Part shown: one piece after another, positions 1 to 10,100 of the stretch
Position numbering within the stretch: position 1 is the stretch's first letter
Layout: the number at the start of each line of letters is the position of its first letter
Assembly: GCA_044344255.1 (NCBI GenBank)
Contig: JBIJDH010000038.1
Coordinates: 1-53,385 of the forward strand
From: Myxococcota bacterium
GTDB lineage: Bacteria; Myxococcota_A; UBA796; UBA2385
Reading direction: 5' to 3'
Length of the DNA: 53,385 bases
Position numbers and translations under genes: made by a program
Notes under the pieces: model-generated
Seen by the model: the letters and a program-made list of their open reading frames with translations, nothing else
Database searches by the model: none
What the model was told of the DNA's origin: nothing

Positions 1-78
1 GCCCCCGTCCGCGAGCGCCGCGCCGTCCCCGGCGGTCGGGCCTTCGAGCGGTTCCGCAAGCAAGACCGCGCCGACTGA
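1..78 (+). CDS. 3' end of an upstream ORF (partial, ...APVRERRAVPGGRAFERFRKQDRAD*)
   Basis: Frame 1 is open from base 1 to TGA at 76-78, followed by a pyrimidine-rich spacer and the RBS of the next gene. Confidence 0.4.
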   Translation, partial: APVRERRAVPGGRAFERFRKQDRAD

Positions 79-117
79 ACCCTCTCCTCCCTCTCTTCAT
101 TCTCCGAGGACAGACCC

Positions 118-1008
118 ATGGAAGACCAGCACGACACCTACGATTCGGCCGAGGACCTCGTCTTCGGCGCCGCGGACCCCTACCTCCTCCTCGACAACGC
201 CGACGGCGACGGCGACGGTGACGGCGACAGCGACGCCGACCCCAGCCTCGAGGGCTTCGGCGACGACTACTTCGCCGGCGAGGACGACGAGTCGCTCGAT
301 GGCGACGACTTCGACGACGACGACGAGGACGACGGCCTCGACGACGAAGAGGACGACGACGACGACTTCGAAGGCGAGGACGAGGACCCCGAGGCCGGCG
401 AAGACGAGGACGACGCCGAGCTCAGCGGCCCGCGCCGCCGCCGACGGGTGGCCCGCCGCAACAGCCGCCAGGCCGAGCGGCAGGAGGACCGCGCCGAGTC
501 CCTCCAGGATCGCGCCCGCCGAAACCGCCGCCGGGCCCGGTCGATGGACCCCGACCAGAAGCGGCAACGCAAGCACAAGAAGGACGAGTCCCCCGCCCAG
601 CATCGCCAGAAGGTGGCCCGACACAAGATGACCCCCGAATTCCTCATGGCCCGGGGCTACTCGAAGTCCCCCCTCTCGGGGTCGGTGAAGACCTCGACCA
701 AGGGAAAGGACACCATCACCATCGACGTCGAGTCGAATTTCATCACCGAGAGCCTCACGACGGAGGGCTCGGCCACGGGGTCGGTGCTCTTCACGGTCTG
801 GCTCGGGGAGGTGCCGGTCTGGCGCTCCACCGCCGGCACGCCCTGCTCGGTCTTCTCCATCACTTCGCTCGCGCTCGCCGGGAACATCGGCGGGCACCTG
901 CTCAAGCCGGGGCAGAAGATCAAGCTCGACATCGAGACGGCCGCCGACAACGACGTGGTGCGCGCCACCTTCATCGGGTGGAAGAAGACGCACGCCTCGG
1001 TCTGCTGA
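118..1008 (+). CDS. Hypothetical protein: Asp/Glu-rich N-terminus, Arg/Lys-rich linker, ~110-aa C-terminal beta-rich domain (candidate single jelly-roll virion protein)
   Basis: GAGGA RBS upstream and GC3-rich codons. The C-terminal domain has alternating hydrophobic strands (ITIDVESNF...VWLGE...PCSVFS...PGQKIKLDI...ATFIGW). The fold is inferred. Confidence 0.75.
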   Translation: MEDQHDTYDSAEDLVFGAADPYLLLDNADGDGDGDGDSDADPSLEGFGDDYFAGEDDESLDGDDFDDDDEDDGLDDEEDDDDDFEGEDEDPEAGEDEDDAELSGPRRRRRVARRNSRQAERQEDRAESLQDRARRNRRRARSMDPDQKRQRKHKKDESPAQHRQKVARHKMTPEFLMARGYSKSPLSGSVKTSTKGKDTITIDVESNFITESLTTEGSATGSVLFTVWLGEVPVWRSTAGTPCSVFSITSLALAGNIGGHLLKPGQKIKLDIETAADNDVVRATFIGWKKTHASVC

Positions 1009-1036
1009 GTCGTCCAGGTCTATCGGGAGGTGAACA

Positions 1037-1612
1037 GTGGCCTCTGGACTGAGCCGGGCCCAGGCGACGGTGGCGCTCCCCGGGGAACCCACCACCTGGA
1101 CCTCGCTGCTCCAGACGGCCGCCGGCTGCGCCGCCTGGCGGCTCCTTGAGCTGTCGGGCGACCGCCCCTTCGACCTCGAAACAGGCTGGTCGGCCGGCGA
1201 CACGACGGGCCTCTCGGTCACCTGCACGGTGGCCCGCTCCGCGCGGCTCTGCCTCTACGCCACCTCCCTCGACCTCCGGGTCCGCAACCGGGCCCCGGCG
1301 GCGGGGAAGGTCTCGGTGGTCATCGTGGACACCTTCCTCCCCACCGAGAACGTCCACCAGACCGACGGAGACGCCACCGCCGGCACCACCCTCGCCGTCC
1401 TGCCCGCCGCCGTCTCCCTCCGCCTCGAGCTCGCGAACCCCGACGGCCTCCCGAACGCCCGCCTCCGCCTCCTCGACCCCGACGGCACCGTCCGGGCCGA
1501 TCTCTCCGCCGCCAGCCAGCCCTCCGCCGGGGTCTTCGTCGGCGGGGCCGCGAGCATCGAGGTCGTCTCTCCCCAATCCCGCTGGCGACTCCTCACCTTC
1601 CTCTCCCTCTGA
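1037..1612 (+). CDS. Hypothetical all-beta protein (191 aa), possibly two ~95-aa beta-sandwich halves; candidate virion protein
   Basis: GGAGGT RBS before the GTG start. Strand-like periodicity throughout, with no TM segment. Confidence 0.7.
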   Translation: MASGLSRAQATVALPGEPTTWTSLLQTAAGCAAWRLLELSGDRPFDLETGWSAGDTTGLSVTCTVARSARLCLYATSLDLRVRNRAPAAGKVSVVIVDTFLPTENVHQTDGDATAGTTLAVLPAAVSLRLELANPDGLPNARLRLLDPDGTVRADLSAASQPSAGVFVGGAASIEVVSPQSRWRLLTFLSL

Positions 1613-1618
1613 ACGGTC

Positions 1619-2128
1619 ATGCGCATCATCCTCAACATCAAGTTCGCCGAGACCTACGCGGTCGAGCTGTTGAACGGCCTCGCGGCGCACAACGCGCACG
1701 CGCTCCGCTCGCTGGCCGAGCAGGGCGAGCTCCTGCCGCTCCTCTACGAGAGCGGCGTGGTCTACGAGCGCGAGGAGGAGGAGCTGTGGAGCGACTTCCC
1801 GAGCCTGCTCGACCAGGGCCACGAGGACTGCGACGCCCTCTCCGCGGCGCGCGCCGGCGAGCTCATCGCCTGGGGCTGGGAGGCCCTCGCGCCGGGGGAC
1901 GGCGGCTATCAGCGGGCCCGCCAGGACAGACCCGAGAGCCTCGACGCCGAGGTGCTGCTGCGCACCCGCCGACAGCTCGGCGAGAGGGGCGGGCTCTATC
2001 ACTGCATCGTCGAGTACCGCGTCGGCGGCTTCATCTACCGCGACGACCCCTCCGCGCGCCTCGGGATGCTGGTGAACCGCGCGCCGCACAACCCCTGGGG
2101 CGACCGGCCTGTCCGGCGCGCCGCCTGA
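1619..2128 (+). CDS. Transglutaminase-like (papain-fold) protein, putative cysteine protease
   Basis: Candidate triad in the expected order: EDCDAL (Cys), LYHCIV (His), DDPS (Asp). Preceded by LYESGVVYE..E..W.D. Confidence 0.65.
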   Translation: MRIILNIKFAETYAVELLNGLAAHNAHALRSLAEQGELLPLLYESGVVYEREEEELWSDFPSLLDQGHEDCDALSAARAGELIAWGWEALAPGDGGYQRARQDRPESLDAEVLLRTRRQLGERGGLYHCIVEYRVGGFIYRDDPSARLGMLVNRAPHNPWGDRPVRRAA

Positions 2129-2143
2129 ACAGAGAGGAACATC

Positions 2144-3274
2144 ATGGTCAAACGAGCCGATCGAAAAAAGGTCCGCGCCCTCCGGCGCGAGCTCCGCCAG
2201 GACGGCGGCCTCAATCGGGACGACCGCAAGCAGGTCCGCGCCCTGCGCCAGCACATCAAGGCCCGCTCCCACGCGCGCCGGGCCGAGAAGCTCGACCCGG
2301 ACGAGTCCTGGAAGAAGAAGCGGGGCAAGGGTGAGGAGCAGCCGGAGCAGAACCCCGAGCACGAGGAGCGCACCAACCAGCGCCCCTACCGGCGCAACCC
2401 GGCGGCGATGCGGGAGCTCCCGGGACCGCTGGGGCCCGGTGCCCGCCTCCGCCGTCGCCGGCCCGCACCCGACGAGGACACCGACGATGTCGAGGTCATC
2501 ACCGAGGACGCCGACACCCAGGAGGCCGTGGACACCCTCACCGGGATGCTCGGCGAGATCGGCGGCGTCACCAGCTTCTCCGGCACGGCGCCGGGCCTCG
2601 GGGCCGTCGTCGCGGCCCTCCGAAGTCGCGGCTACACCCCCGGCGACATCACGGGCGGGCTCCAGGACTTCGGCTACGAGCTGCTCGACCAGGTGGCCCG
2701 GTCGGGGGCGGAGATCGGCGCCACGGTCGGCGAGGCGAGGGAGGCCGCCGGGCCCGTCATCCGCGCCGTGAAGGCCCTCGGGCGCGGCGTGAAGCGCGTG
2801 GCGAAGGGCGTCGGCAAGGGGGCGAAGAAGGTGGTCGAGCGGGCGCGGAGCCGCCGGGCCGCCCGCCGGGAGGGGCTCCGCGCAGAGCACGCGGCCACCG
2901 CCGAGCAGCGCGCCATGGTCGTCAACGACACGAACGTCTCGCCGCGCTCGCTCCTCCGCGACTGGTCGGAGTTCATCGCGCCGCCCGAGATGGGGATGCG
3001 CTTCCAGGTCGCGGCCGGGAAGGCCGTCTATGTCCAGCCGGTCGACGCGAACAAGACGATCTGGGTCGTCACCACCGCGCCGAACGCGATGGGCGCGATG
3101 ACGGAGGCGGTCGCCAAGGCCGCCGGACAGAGCCTCCTGGCGAGCGCCGGGATGGCCACCTGGAAGCGGGCCCTCGACCCGCTCGCGATCGCTGAGGTGA
3201 AGCTCCTGACCGCGGGGCCGCTCGAGCTCGGCTGCAACGGGCGCCGCTGCCTCGAATGTGAGCAGGGGCTCTGA
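2144..3274 (+). CDS. Hypothetical protein with basic N-terminus and a Lys/Gly amphipathic helix (candidate virion membrane-active or core protein)
   Basis: GAGGAA RBS. The segment AVKALGRGVKRVAKGVGKGAKKVV is amphipathic. The C-terminus carries C-x4-C-x2-C. Confidence 0.75.
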   Translation: MVKRADRKKVRALRRELRQDGGLNRDDRKQVRALRQHIKARSHARRAEKLDPDESWKKKRGKGEEQPEQNPEHEERTNQRPYRRNPAAMRELPGPLGPGARLRRRRPAPDEDTDDVEVITEDADTQEAVDTLTGMLGEIGGVTSFSGTAPGLGAVVAALRSRGYTPGDITGGLQDFGYELLDQVARSGAEIGATVGEAREAAGPVIRAVKALGRGVKRVAKGVGKGAKKVVERARSRRAARREGLRAEHAATAEQRAMVVNDTNVSPRSLLRDWSEFIAPPEMGMRFQVAAGKAVYVQPVDANKTIWVVTTAPNAMGAMTEAVAKAAGQSLLASAGMATWKRALDPLAIAEVKLLTAGPLELGCNGRRCLECEQGL

Positions 3275-3870
3275 TGTCGGCCTGGACCGCCACGCACCAC
3301 GGGCTGCTCGACCGCGCGGAGGCTGGCCTCGCCGTCGTCTCCGCCGCTGCGGCCCGGGGCGAGGCGGCCCTGCGCGAGCAATTCGAGGCGCCGGTCACCC
3401 GCTGGATGGGCCTCCGTGAACAGAACCGGCGGCGACTCCAGGCCCTCGGCGGCGAGCTGGCGGCGGCACCTCCGGCGCTCCGAGAGGGCGGCTGGCCCGC
3501 CTTTGAAGCGTCCACCGAGGTCTATCGGGACCTCGCCGCCCCCTTCGACGCCGAGGTCAAGCCCACCGTCGGGAACCCGCTCCTGGGGCTCGTCGTGGTG
3601 GGTGGTGTGGTGAGCCTCATCGCCATCGCCTGGTGCTGGGTGAGCCTCGCCGAGCAGGAGCGCCTCGGCCAACAGATTGACCTCCAGCGCAGCGAGCTCG
3701 CGGCGCGGGTCGAGGCCCTCCGCTGGGGACAGGTCCTCCCGCCGAGCACCGTGCAGCCGGTGGTGCAGCAGAACAACGACAACGACTCTATCGGGCCCCT
3801 CCCGCTCCTCCTCGGGGCGGCGGCGCTCGGCGGCTTTCTCTGGTGGAAGAGCAAGGGGCGACGCAGATGA
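3274..3870 (+). CDS. Membrane protein with two TM segments and a coiled coil
   Basis: TGATG coupling. TM1 is LLGLVVVGGVVSLIAIAWCWV. The C-terminal anchor LPLLLGAAALGGFLWW is followed by KSKGRRR. Confidence 0.8.
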   Translation: MSAWTATHHGLLDRAEAGLAVVSAAAARGEAALREQFEAPVTRWMGLREQNRRRLQALGGELAAAPPALREGGWPAFEASTEVYRDLAAPFDAEVKPTVGNPLLGLVVVGGVVSLIAIAWCWVSLAEQERLGQQIDLQRSELAARVEALRWGQVLPPSTVQPVVQQNNDNDSIGPLPLLLGAAALGGFLWWKSKGRRR

Positions 3871-5360
3871 ACGCGAAGATACGACTGTCCATCCTCGGCG
3901 CGGACGAAGACGTCCCCCGCCTCCTCACCGGCTACAGCCCGCGGGTCTGCGGGGGCGAGGCCGCCTTTGTCCTCCGCCCGCGCGAGGGGCAGGGCCTTCT
4001 CGTCCTCCAAGAAAAGAAGCAGCCGGCGAAGGTCTGGATCTCGGACCTCTCGCTCCTGCCGGCCTCCGTCGAGGGTGACCGCCGCGCGCGGGCCGTGAGC
4101 GACGCCCCGGGTACGCCCTCTTGGTCGGTGAGCCCGACCGAGGCCGTCGCCCTCGTGAAGCGTCTGAAGGCCAACGCCGGGACGAAGGGCCCCGCCTCGC
4201 TCCGCGGCACCTGGAAGGGGGTCGTCCACTGCGACGACGGGGCGCCGATCGTCGAGCTCGAGCGCAAGGTCGCGAGCTACGGCACGCTGCGCCTGCGCTC
4301 GGTCGCGGGGCAGGGCTGGCAGGCGACCTTCATCCGCGCCGAGAAGTGGTTTTCGAAGGGCAAGGAGGAGCAGTCCCCCGCCGTAGACCGCCTCGCCGAG
4401 GCCATCCAGCGCGGCATGGTCCAGATGACCGGCCTCGTGAGCGAGGCGTGCAGCTTCCGCGACACCCACCGCCGGAACGCCGTCGACGCCGAATTCGCCG
4501 TGGCGCACCCCTACCAGGAGCCCGCCGCCCCGAAGGACACGACCGAGCGCTACAACCCGCGGGACAGCTTCCGCGTGGTCGAGGCCGCCTCGGGCTTCAA
4601 CGTGGTGAACCTCGCGGGGGCCGCGGTCGCGAGCTTCGGCGGCCGGGAGAAGGGCAAGGCGACCCAGCACGCCGCCGCGCTCAACCGCGGCCGGGGCGCC
4701 CGCGCCGAGGCCCCCGCCGACCTCCAGGCGCCGCTCGTCCCTCCCGGGCTCCCCGTCCTGCCCGCGCCGCGCGCCGCGATCCCGCCGGCCCTGTCGAGCA
4801 TCCCGGCCCCCGAGGCTCCGGCCTGCCCCGTGTCCGTCCAGCGCATCGCCGAGGCCACGCAGAAGGAGGCCGACGCGCTCACGAGCCTCTCCGACTCCCT
4901 GTGGGGCACCACCGAGGGTCCCGAGCTGCTCACCCGGGCGGGCAAGCTCATCCGCCACGCCGAGGCCCTCGTCGCCTCGCCCCTCTGCGCGGGGCGCGAG
5001 AAGGAGCAGGCCCGGGCCGATCTGGAGCGGGCCGCCACCGCCTACAACGAGGCCCGCGCCGCCATCCAGCGGGGGGATGACCCCGACACCGTGACCACCT
5101 TGAAGCGCGTGGCGGAGCGGGTCTCCCTCGCCGCCGCGCGGGCCGCGAAGTCCTGCGCGGGGGCGGGCAAGTCCGCGAGGGTCACGGCCCCGGCCACCGC
5201 TCCGAAGCCGGCTCCGGTGGAGCCGAAAGCCCCGCGGGGACGAAAGCCGAAGGCCCAGTCCGCCCCGGAGGTGGACCCGGCCAAGGATGCCCTGCTCGTC
5301 AACGCCTTCGCCGAGGCCATCAAGGCGGCCGCCGCCGGGATGCAGGGAGGTGCCGCGTGA
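3867..5360 (+). CDS. Hypothetical protein (497 aa, Ala/Pro-rich linkers)
   Basis: ATG at 3867 overlaps the upstream TGA (ATGA) and codon bias is strong. No recognisable motif. Confidence 0.75.
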   Translation: MNAKIRLSILGADEDVPRLLTGYSPRVCGGEAAFVLRPREGQGLLVLQEKKQPAKVWISDLSLLPASVEGDRRARAVSDAPGTPSWSVSPTEAVALVKRLKANAGTKGPASLRGTWKGVVHCDDGAPIVELERKVASYGTLRLRSVAGQGWQATFIRAEKWFSKGKEEQSPAVDRLAEAIQRGMVQMTGLVSEACSFRDTHRRNAVDAEFAVAHPYQEPAAPKDTTERYNPRDSFRVVEAASGFNVVNLAGAAVASFGGREKGKATQHAAALNRGRGARAEAPADLQAPLVPPGLPVLPAPRAAIPPALSSIPAPEAPACPVSVQRIAEATQKEADALTSLSDSLWGTTEGPELLTRAGKLIRHAEALVASPLCAGREKEQARADLERAATAYNEARAAIQRGDDPDTVTTLKRVAERVSLAAARAAKSCAGAGKSARVTAPATAPKPAPVEPKAPRGRKPKAQSAPEVDPAKDALLVNAFAEAIKAAAAGMQGGAA

Positions 5361-5500
5361 AGCTCGACCACCTGCTCTTCCTGTGGCGCCTCGCGCTCCT
5401 CAGCATCGTCATCGCGGCCTTCCGCTGCCAGGGCGGGACTCCGCCGAGCGTCGTCGAGGTGCCCGCCCGCCCGGTCGCCTCCACCGTGCAGGCCCGCTGA
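5357..5500 (+). CDS. Small membrane or signal-peptide protein (47 aa, MKLDHLLFLWRLALLSIVIAAFRCQGG...)
   Basis: Not in the ORF track. GTGA overlap with the upstream stop, GGAGG RBS, and its TGA overlaps the next ATG. Hydrophobic stretch followed by a Cys. Confidence 0.6.
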   Translation: MKLDHLLFLWRLALLSIVIAAFRCQGGTPPSVVEVPARPVASTVQAR

Positions 5501-5685
5501 TGTCCGCTGTCGCCGAGTCCTTCCTGGAGCGCATCCTCCCCATCGTGCGGACGCGGCTCCCCCGAGGCATTGACGCCGACTACCTCGACGCCTTCGTCGA
5601 TCGCAACCGGCCGATGTTGGTCACGGTCATCGACCAGAACCTGGGGCCCATCCTCGCGCGGGTCCAGCCGGCCAACAACCCCGGC
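5500..5685 (+). pseudogene. Truncated duplicate of the 5' end (tag module) of the DarB-like gene
   Basis: MSAVAESFLERILPIVRTRLPRGIDADYLDAFVDRNRPMLVTVIDQNLGPILARVQPANNPG, after which homology stops abruptly. Confidence 0.75.
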
Positions 5686-7147
5686 ACGTTGACAACTCTC
5701 ACGCGGACGGCGGAGCAGGTTTCTTTCGCCTCCGCTCAGACCGCGACGTCCTGCTCAGGCGAGACGAAGGCGACGAGAGCACCAATCCCCACGAACGCCC
5801 CGACAACCCTCCCCTACCGAGGCAAAGACCCCGCGCGCACCCAGACCCGAAGCCCGGGCCATCCCCAAGGTAGACCCCGTCAAGGATGCGCTTCTGGTTG
5901 GTGCCTTTGCCCTGGCCATCCGGGCCACCGCAGCCGGGATGCGAGGAGATGCACCAGGAGCCGCCGGTTCTCCTACCACAGCTTCTTCAAACTTCAGGTC
6001 AGGCCTTACTTGGTAGCTCATGGCGGGGCTCGGGTTGAGCCGTTGAATTCTGGGTCCGGAGATGCGACGAGTGGGAGCCCACTCCTTTCGATACGGCCCT
6101 GGACAGGGCTGGAATCGATAGCGCAAATTTTCAGGAAACTCAAAATGGTGGCCCACAAAACAGAATCGCCCTTTGCTCACCCAATATCAACCGAAATAGT
6201 CGAAAGAAGTGGATGCGAGCGAGTCACGACACTCAGAATCAAACAACCACTAGTCCGTATGGGTCGAGAGCAGTTCCCCCGAAACAGCATCCAGGTCGTA
6301 AGCAACGTCCCCACCGGCCTCGTCGTCCAGTCGCAGCACCGCCGCAGAGTCCGAAATATCGCTGGGCACCCCCCGTCCCGATCCTTCGCAGTCCGAGTAG
6401 CAATTCCGATATCCGAAAGCAGGCATAATCAGGTACCACGCGCCACCGTTGGTGGGCTCGATACCCACCACGGTGAGGGCTTCCGGACTGTCTACACTCC
6501 ATTCTGTGACCACCACAGACTCCTGGTCAGCCCATTCTCCTTCGCTACCCACCCCGCCCCGGAATTGCCAATAAACCCCCGGCTTGGAACTGGATGCAAA
6601 CGCGCCTTCCGCAGTCAATTCATCAACCGAACCGTCTGGCCCCGATCCATAGGCAAAAAACCACAAGAACCCCGCATCCGCCGCCCACTCGCCTCGCGTT
6701 GCTTGCAGCGCCACCGATGCGGCATGCGCAAACGTCGTCCCACCAGGGTCGTCACCGTCGGCGAAGTTCATCCCATCGTTTGACCCATCACCACTGCTGC
6801 GACCATCCTTCCCATCGGACGAACCACTACAACCGATAACAAAGACGGTGAGAAGTAATAATGAGAACTGCACTTTCACTTCCTCGGGAGGCTCATCGTA
6901 TCGCAGCGTTGCTGCTCAAGCAAGATCATGGTCGACGATCTTTGCGAGCTTCAGGGGGTGCGACGTGAACGCAGCGGCCATGTTCCTCGAGCGCATCCTC
7001 CCCATCGTCCGGAACCGGCTCCCCCGCGGCATCGACGCCGACTACCTCGACGCCTTCGTCGATCGCAACCGGCCGATGTTGGTCATGGTCATCGACCAGA
7101 ACCTCGGTCCCATCCTCGCGCGGGTCCAGCCGGCCAACAACCCCGGC
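5521..7147 (+). repeat. 165-bp direct repeat (5521-5685 and 6983-7147) flanking a lower-GC cassette
   Basis: Manual alignment gives 9 mismatches in 165 bp. Of 8 altered codons, 6 are synonymous. Confidence 0.95.
6250..6879 (-). CDS. Putative lipoprotein (cargo/moron gene)
   Basis: MKVQFSLLLLTVFVIG-C signal with a lipobox-like Cys and a Ser/Gly/Asp linker. GAGGAA RBS. Opposite strand and lower GC than its neighbours. Confidence 0.75.
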   Translation of the reverse strand: MKVQFSLLLLTVFVIGCSGSSDGKDGRSSGDGSNDGMNFADGDDPGGTTFAHAASVALQATRGEWAADAGFLWFFAYGSGPDGSVDELTAEGAFASSSKPGVYWQFRGGVGSEGEWADQESVVVTEWSVDSPEALTVVGIEPTNGGAWYLIMPAFGYRNCYSDCEGSGRGVPSDISDSAAVLRLDDEAGGDVAYDLDAVSGELLSTHTD

Positions 7148-10100
7148 GACCAGGGCGAGCTCGCCGAGCTGTGGACCCCGGGCAAGCGCACCGCCGCGAA
7201 CCTCGCCGCCATGCGCCTCCTCGCCACCAAGGCCCCGGGAGACTTGGTCGAGGCCGACCGTTCCGTGCTCCGCGGCTACTCGGGCTGGGGCGGGCTCTCG
7301 ATCCGTTCGGCGGCCCCGCAGTTCCCGGCGGGCATCCCCGTGCCCGAAGAGCGCGGGCTCATCCACGAGTACTACACCCCCACCCGGGTCACTCGGGAGG
7401 TCGCCCGGCTCGTGGGGCCGCTGGTGCCGGAGCTCGCGGGCGACGAGGGCGTGGTCCACGCGCTGGAGCCCTCCGCCGGCATCGGCCGCTTTCTCCATGC
7501 TTTCCAGGGCCCGGCCTTCGCCGACCTGCGTTGGCACTCCTGCGAGTGGTCGGAGCTGTCCGGCCGGCTCCTCGCCGCCCTCTTCCCGAGCCTCGACCTG
7601 CACGTCGGCCCCTTCGAGCGGTGGGTCCGCGAGCAGGGCCCCGCCTGGACCGGGCGGATCAACATCCTCATCTCGAACCCGCCCTACGGCGCCCGCGGGG
7701 CCAGCCTCGCCGAAGATCCCGACCGGGCCTACCGCGAGAAGATGGCCTACCACTACTTCCTGCGACGGGGCCTCGATCTGCTCGCCCCGAACGGCCTCGG
7801 CGTCTTCCTCGTCCCCGCCGGCTTCCTCACCGGCAAGACCGCCGCCTTCCGCACGCTGCGCGAGAAGGTGCTCAAGCGCCACCACCTCGCGAGCGCCTAT
7901 CGGCTCCCCTCGATGCGCCCGAATGGCCGCGAGGCCATCTTCCCCGGCGCCCTGCTCGTGACGGACCTGCTCTTCTTCCGGGCCCGCGGCGGCGAGCTCG
8001 ACGCCGTAGACCGGGCCGACCAGGGCATCCTCGAGGGCCGCTACTTCGAGGAGAACCCGCGGCACATCCTCGGCCGCGAGGTCGGCAAGGACGGCGGCGA
8101 CGACGACCAGTCGGCGAAGCCCCGCTACAGCTACCAGGTCGAGGGCGAGTTCACGCGGCTCCCCGACCTCGTCGAGCGCCCGCTCTGTTCAGACTGCAAC
8201 ATCATCGCCTTCCCCACCGGCCGGTCGGCGGGCGCGGGCCGAATCGGAGTGACCCGACAGGCCGACGGGGAGGTCTCTCACCTGCCCCGCGACCTCGCCT
8301 CCGCCGTCACCCTCGGGCTGCGCGTGGACCGCTACCTCGCGCTCGTGGCGGCCGACGCAGCCGACGAGCCGCCGATGCTCTGGCCGGAGCTCCACGAGGC
8401 CCTCGCCGCATGGAAGGGAAGCTACGGGAACCCGCACGCGCACATCGATCTCGTCAAGCTCGCCCGTGGCGGCACCACCGGGGCCGAACGCTTCCTCTCG
8501 GCGTTCGACCGGGCGGGCGGGCTCATCGAGGGCCTGCGGCACCCGCCGGCCGCCATCGAGCCTCGTTTCACCGGTCAGGTAGACGATGTGGTCGCCATCG
8601 CCGAGCACCTGTATCGGAGCGCCCGGTCCCTCACCCTCCCCGCCCTCTTCGAATACCACCGCTCCCTCGGCGGCCAGCTCTCCGAGGATGCCGTGCGGGA
8701 GCGCGCGCTCGCGGGGGGCTGGTTCCTCGACGGCGACGACTGGCGGGATCTCGTACCCGCCGAGGTCTACCTCACCGGCTCCCTCTGGCCCCGCTATGAC
8801 CGCGCGAAGGCCCACGGCGCCGAGGCCCAGGCGAAGACCCTGCTCGCCGCCATCGCACCCGCCCTCTTTGATGACATCGACGGCGTCTCTGCGCGTCAGG
8901 GTTGGCTCCCGCTCGACCTCGTGAGCGCCTGGATCAACGACACCTGGAGCCGAGCCTCTGGCTACGACAGCGTCGAGCTGGTGCGCCAGAAGGGCCTCGT
9001 GGCGCCGAGCGGCTGGGACTACGAAGATCTGTCCAAGAAGGAGCGCGACCTCCACCCCGAGGTCCTGCTGCTCGTCGGCTGGATGAACCACGACAAGACC
9101 CTGTTCAGCCCGCCCAAGAAGTTCGACGACGAGTCCGAGAAGGACATCGACAAGGCCCGCATGAAGAAGGCCGCCGAGTGGGACGCCAGCTTCAAGGGAT
9201 GGGTGGGCGCCACCGCCGAGCGACGGGCCCGCATCGAGGGCGCCTACAACCGCCAGTTCCGCGGCTTCGTGCAGCCGTCCTATGCGGCAGAGCACCTGCC
9301 CATCGCCCGCTGGCGAAAGGACGGCCCGCGGCTGCACCCCCATCAGATCGCCGGCGCCCGACGGGTGCTCGCCAACCGCGGCGGGCTGCTCGCCTTCGAC
9401 GTGGGCGTCGGCAAGACCTACACCGGCGTCGGGGTGATCGCGCGGGCCCGGCAGGAGGGCTGGTGCAAGCGGCCGGTGGTGGTGGTCCCGAACTCCATCG
9501 TCTGGAAGTGGGAGGCCGACTTCAAGCGGGTCCTCCCCGACTACCGCGTCGCGGTGATCGGCTCGAAACGAAAGACCATCAGCCGGGGCGAGCGCAAGGG
9601 CCTCCAGACCTCCGACACCGACACCCCCCAGGAGCGGGCCGAGAAGTGGACCCGGTTCCAGGCCGGCGAGTACGACGTGGTGCTGCTCACCTACACGGCC
9701 CTCGGCCGCACCCGCATGAACGAGAAGGCGGTCCGCGGGTATGCCGACCAGACGGAGGCCATTCAACGGGAGGTCACCCTCCGCCGCCGGAACGCCCAGA
9801 AGCGGAAGAAGCTCTCCGAGCGCGACCAGGCGATCCTCAAGGAGGGCGTGGCCGCCTGGGTGGCCCAGCAGATGGAGATCTCCGAGGGCTGGGACTACGA
9901 CCCCGGCGTGGCCTGGGATGACATCGGCGTCGATCTGCTCATGGTGGACGAAGCCCAGAACTTCAAGAACCTGTACCTCCCGGAAGACCGGGAGGGCGGC
10001 GTCCCCCGCTTCATGGGCAACCCAGGAGACGGCTCGAAGCGAGCCTGGCAGCTTGACTTCCGCTGCGCCGCGGTGCGCCGGAAGACCGGGGGGGCCGGCG

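Noticed and set aside
5755..6180. 141-aa minus-strand ORF
   Set aside because: No clear RBS or motif. Protein-like fragments appear in different frames, so it is at best a decayed gene.
5287..6783. 498-aa + strand ORF as one real protein
   Set aside because: Only 5500-5685 looks coding. The remainder is antisense to the lipoprotein gene and compositionally implausible, although read-through from ATG 5500 cannot be excluded.
6848..6964. ORF-track start of the DarB-like gene
   Set aside because: It overlaps the lipoprotein gene start. GTG 6965 has an RBS and matches the start position of the duplicate.
5521..7147. 165-bp repeat pair as a diversity-generating retroelement TR/VR
   Set aside because: Mismatches are not adenine-specific, are mostly synonymous and lie at a gene 5' end. 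No reverse transcriptase is in the window.
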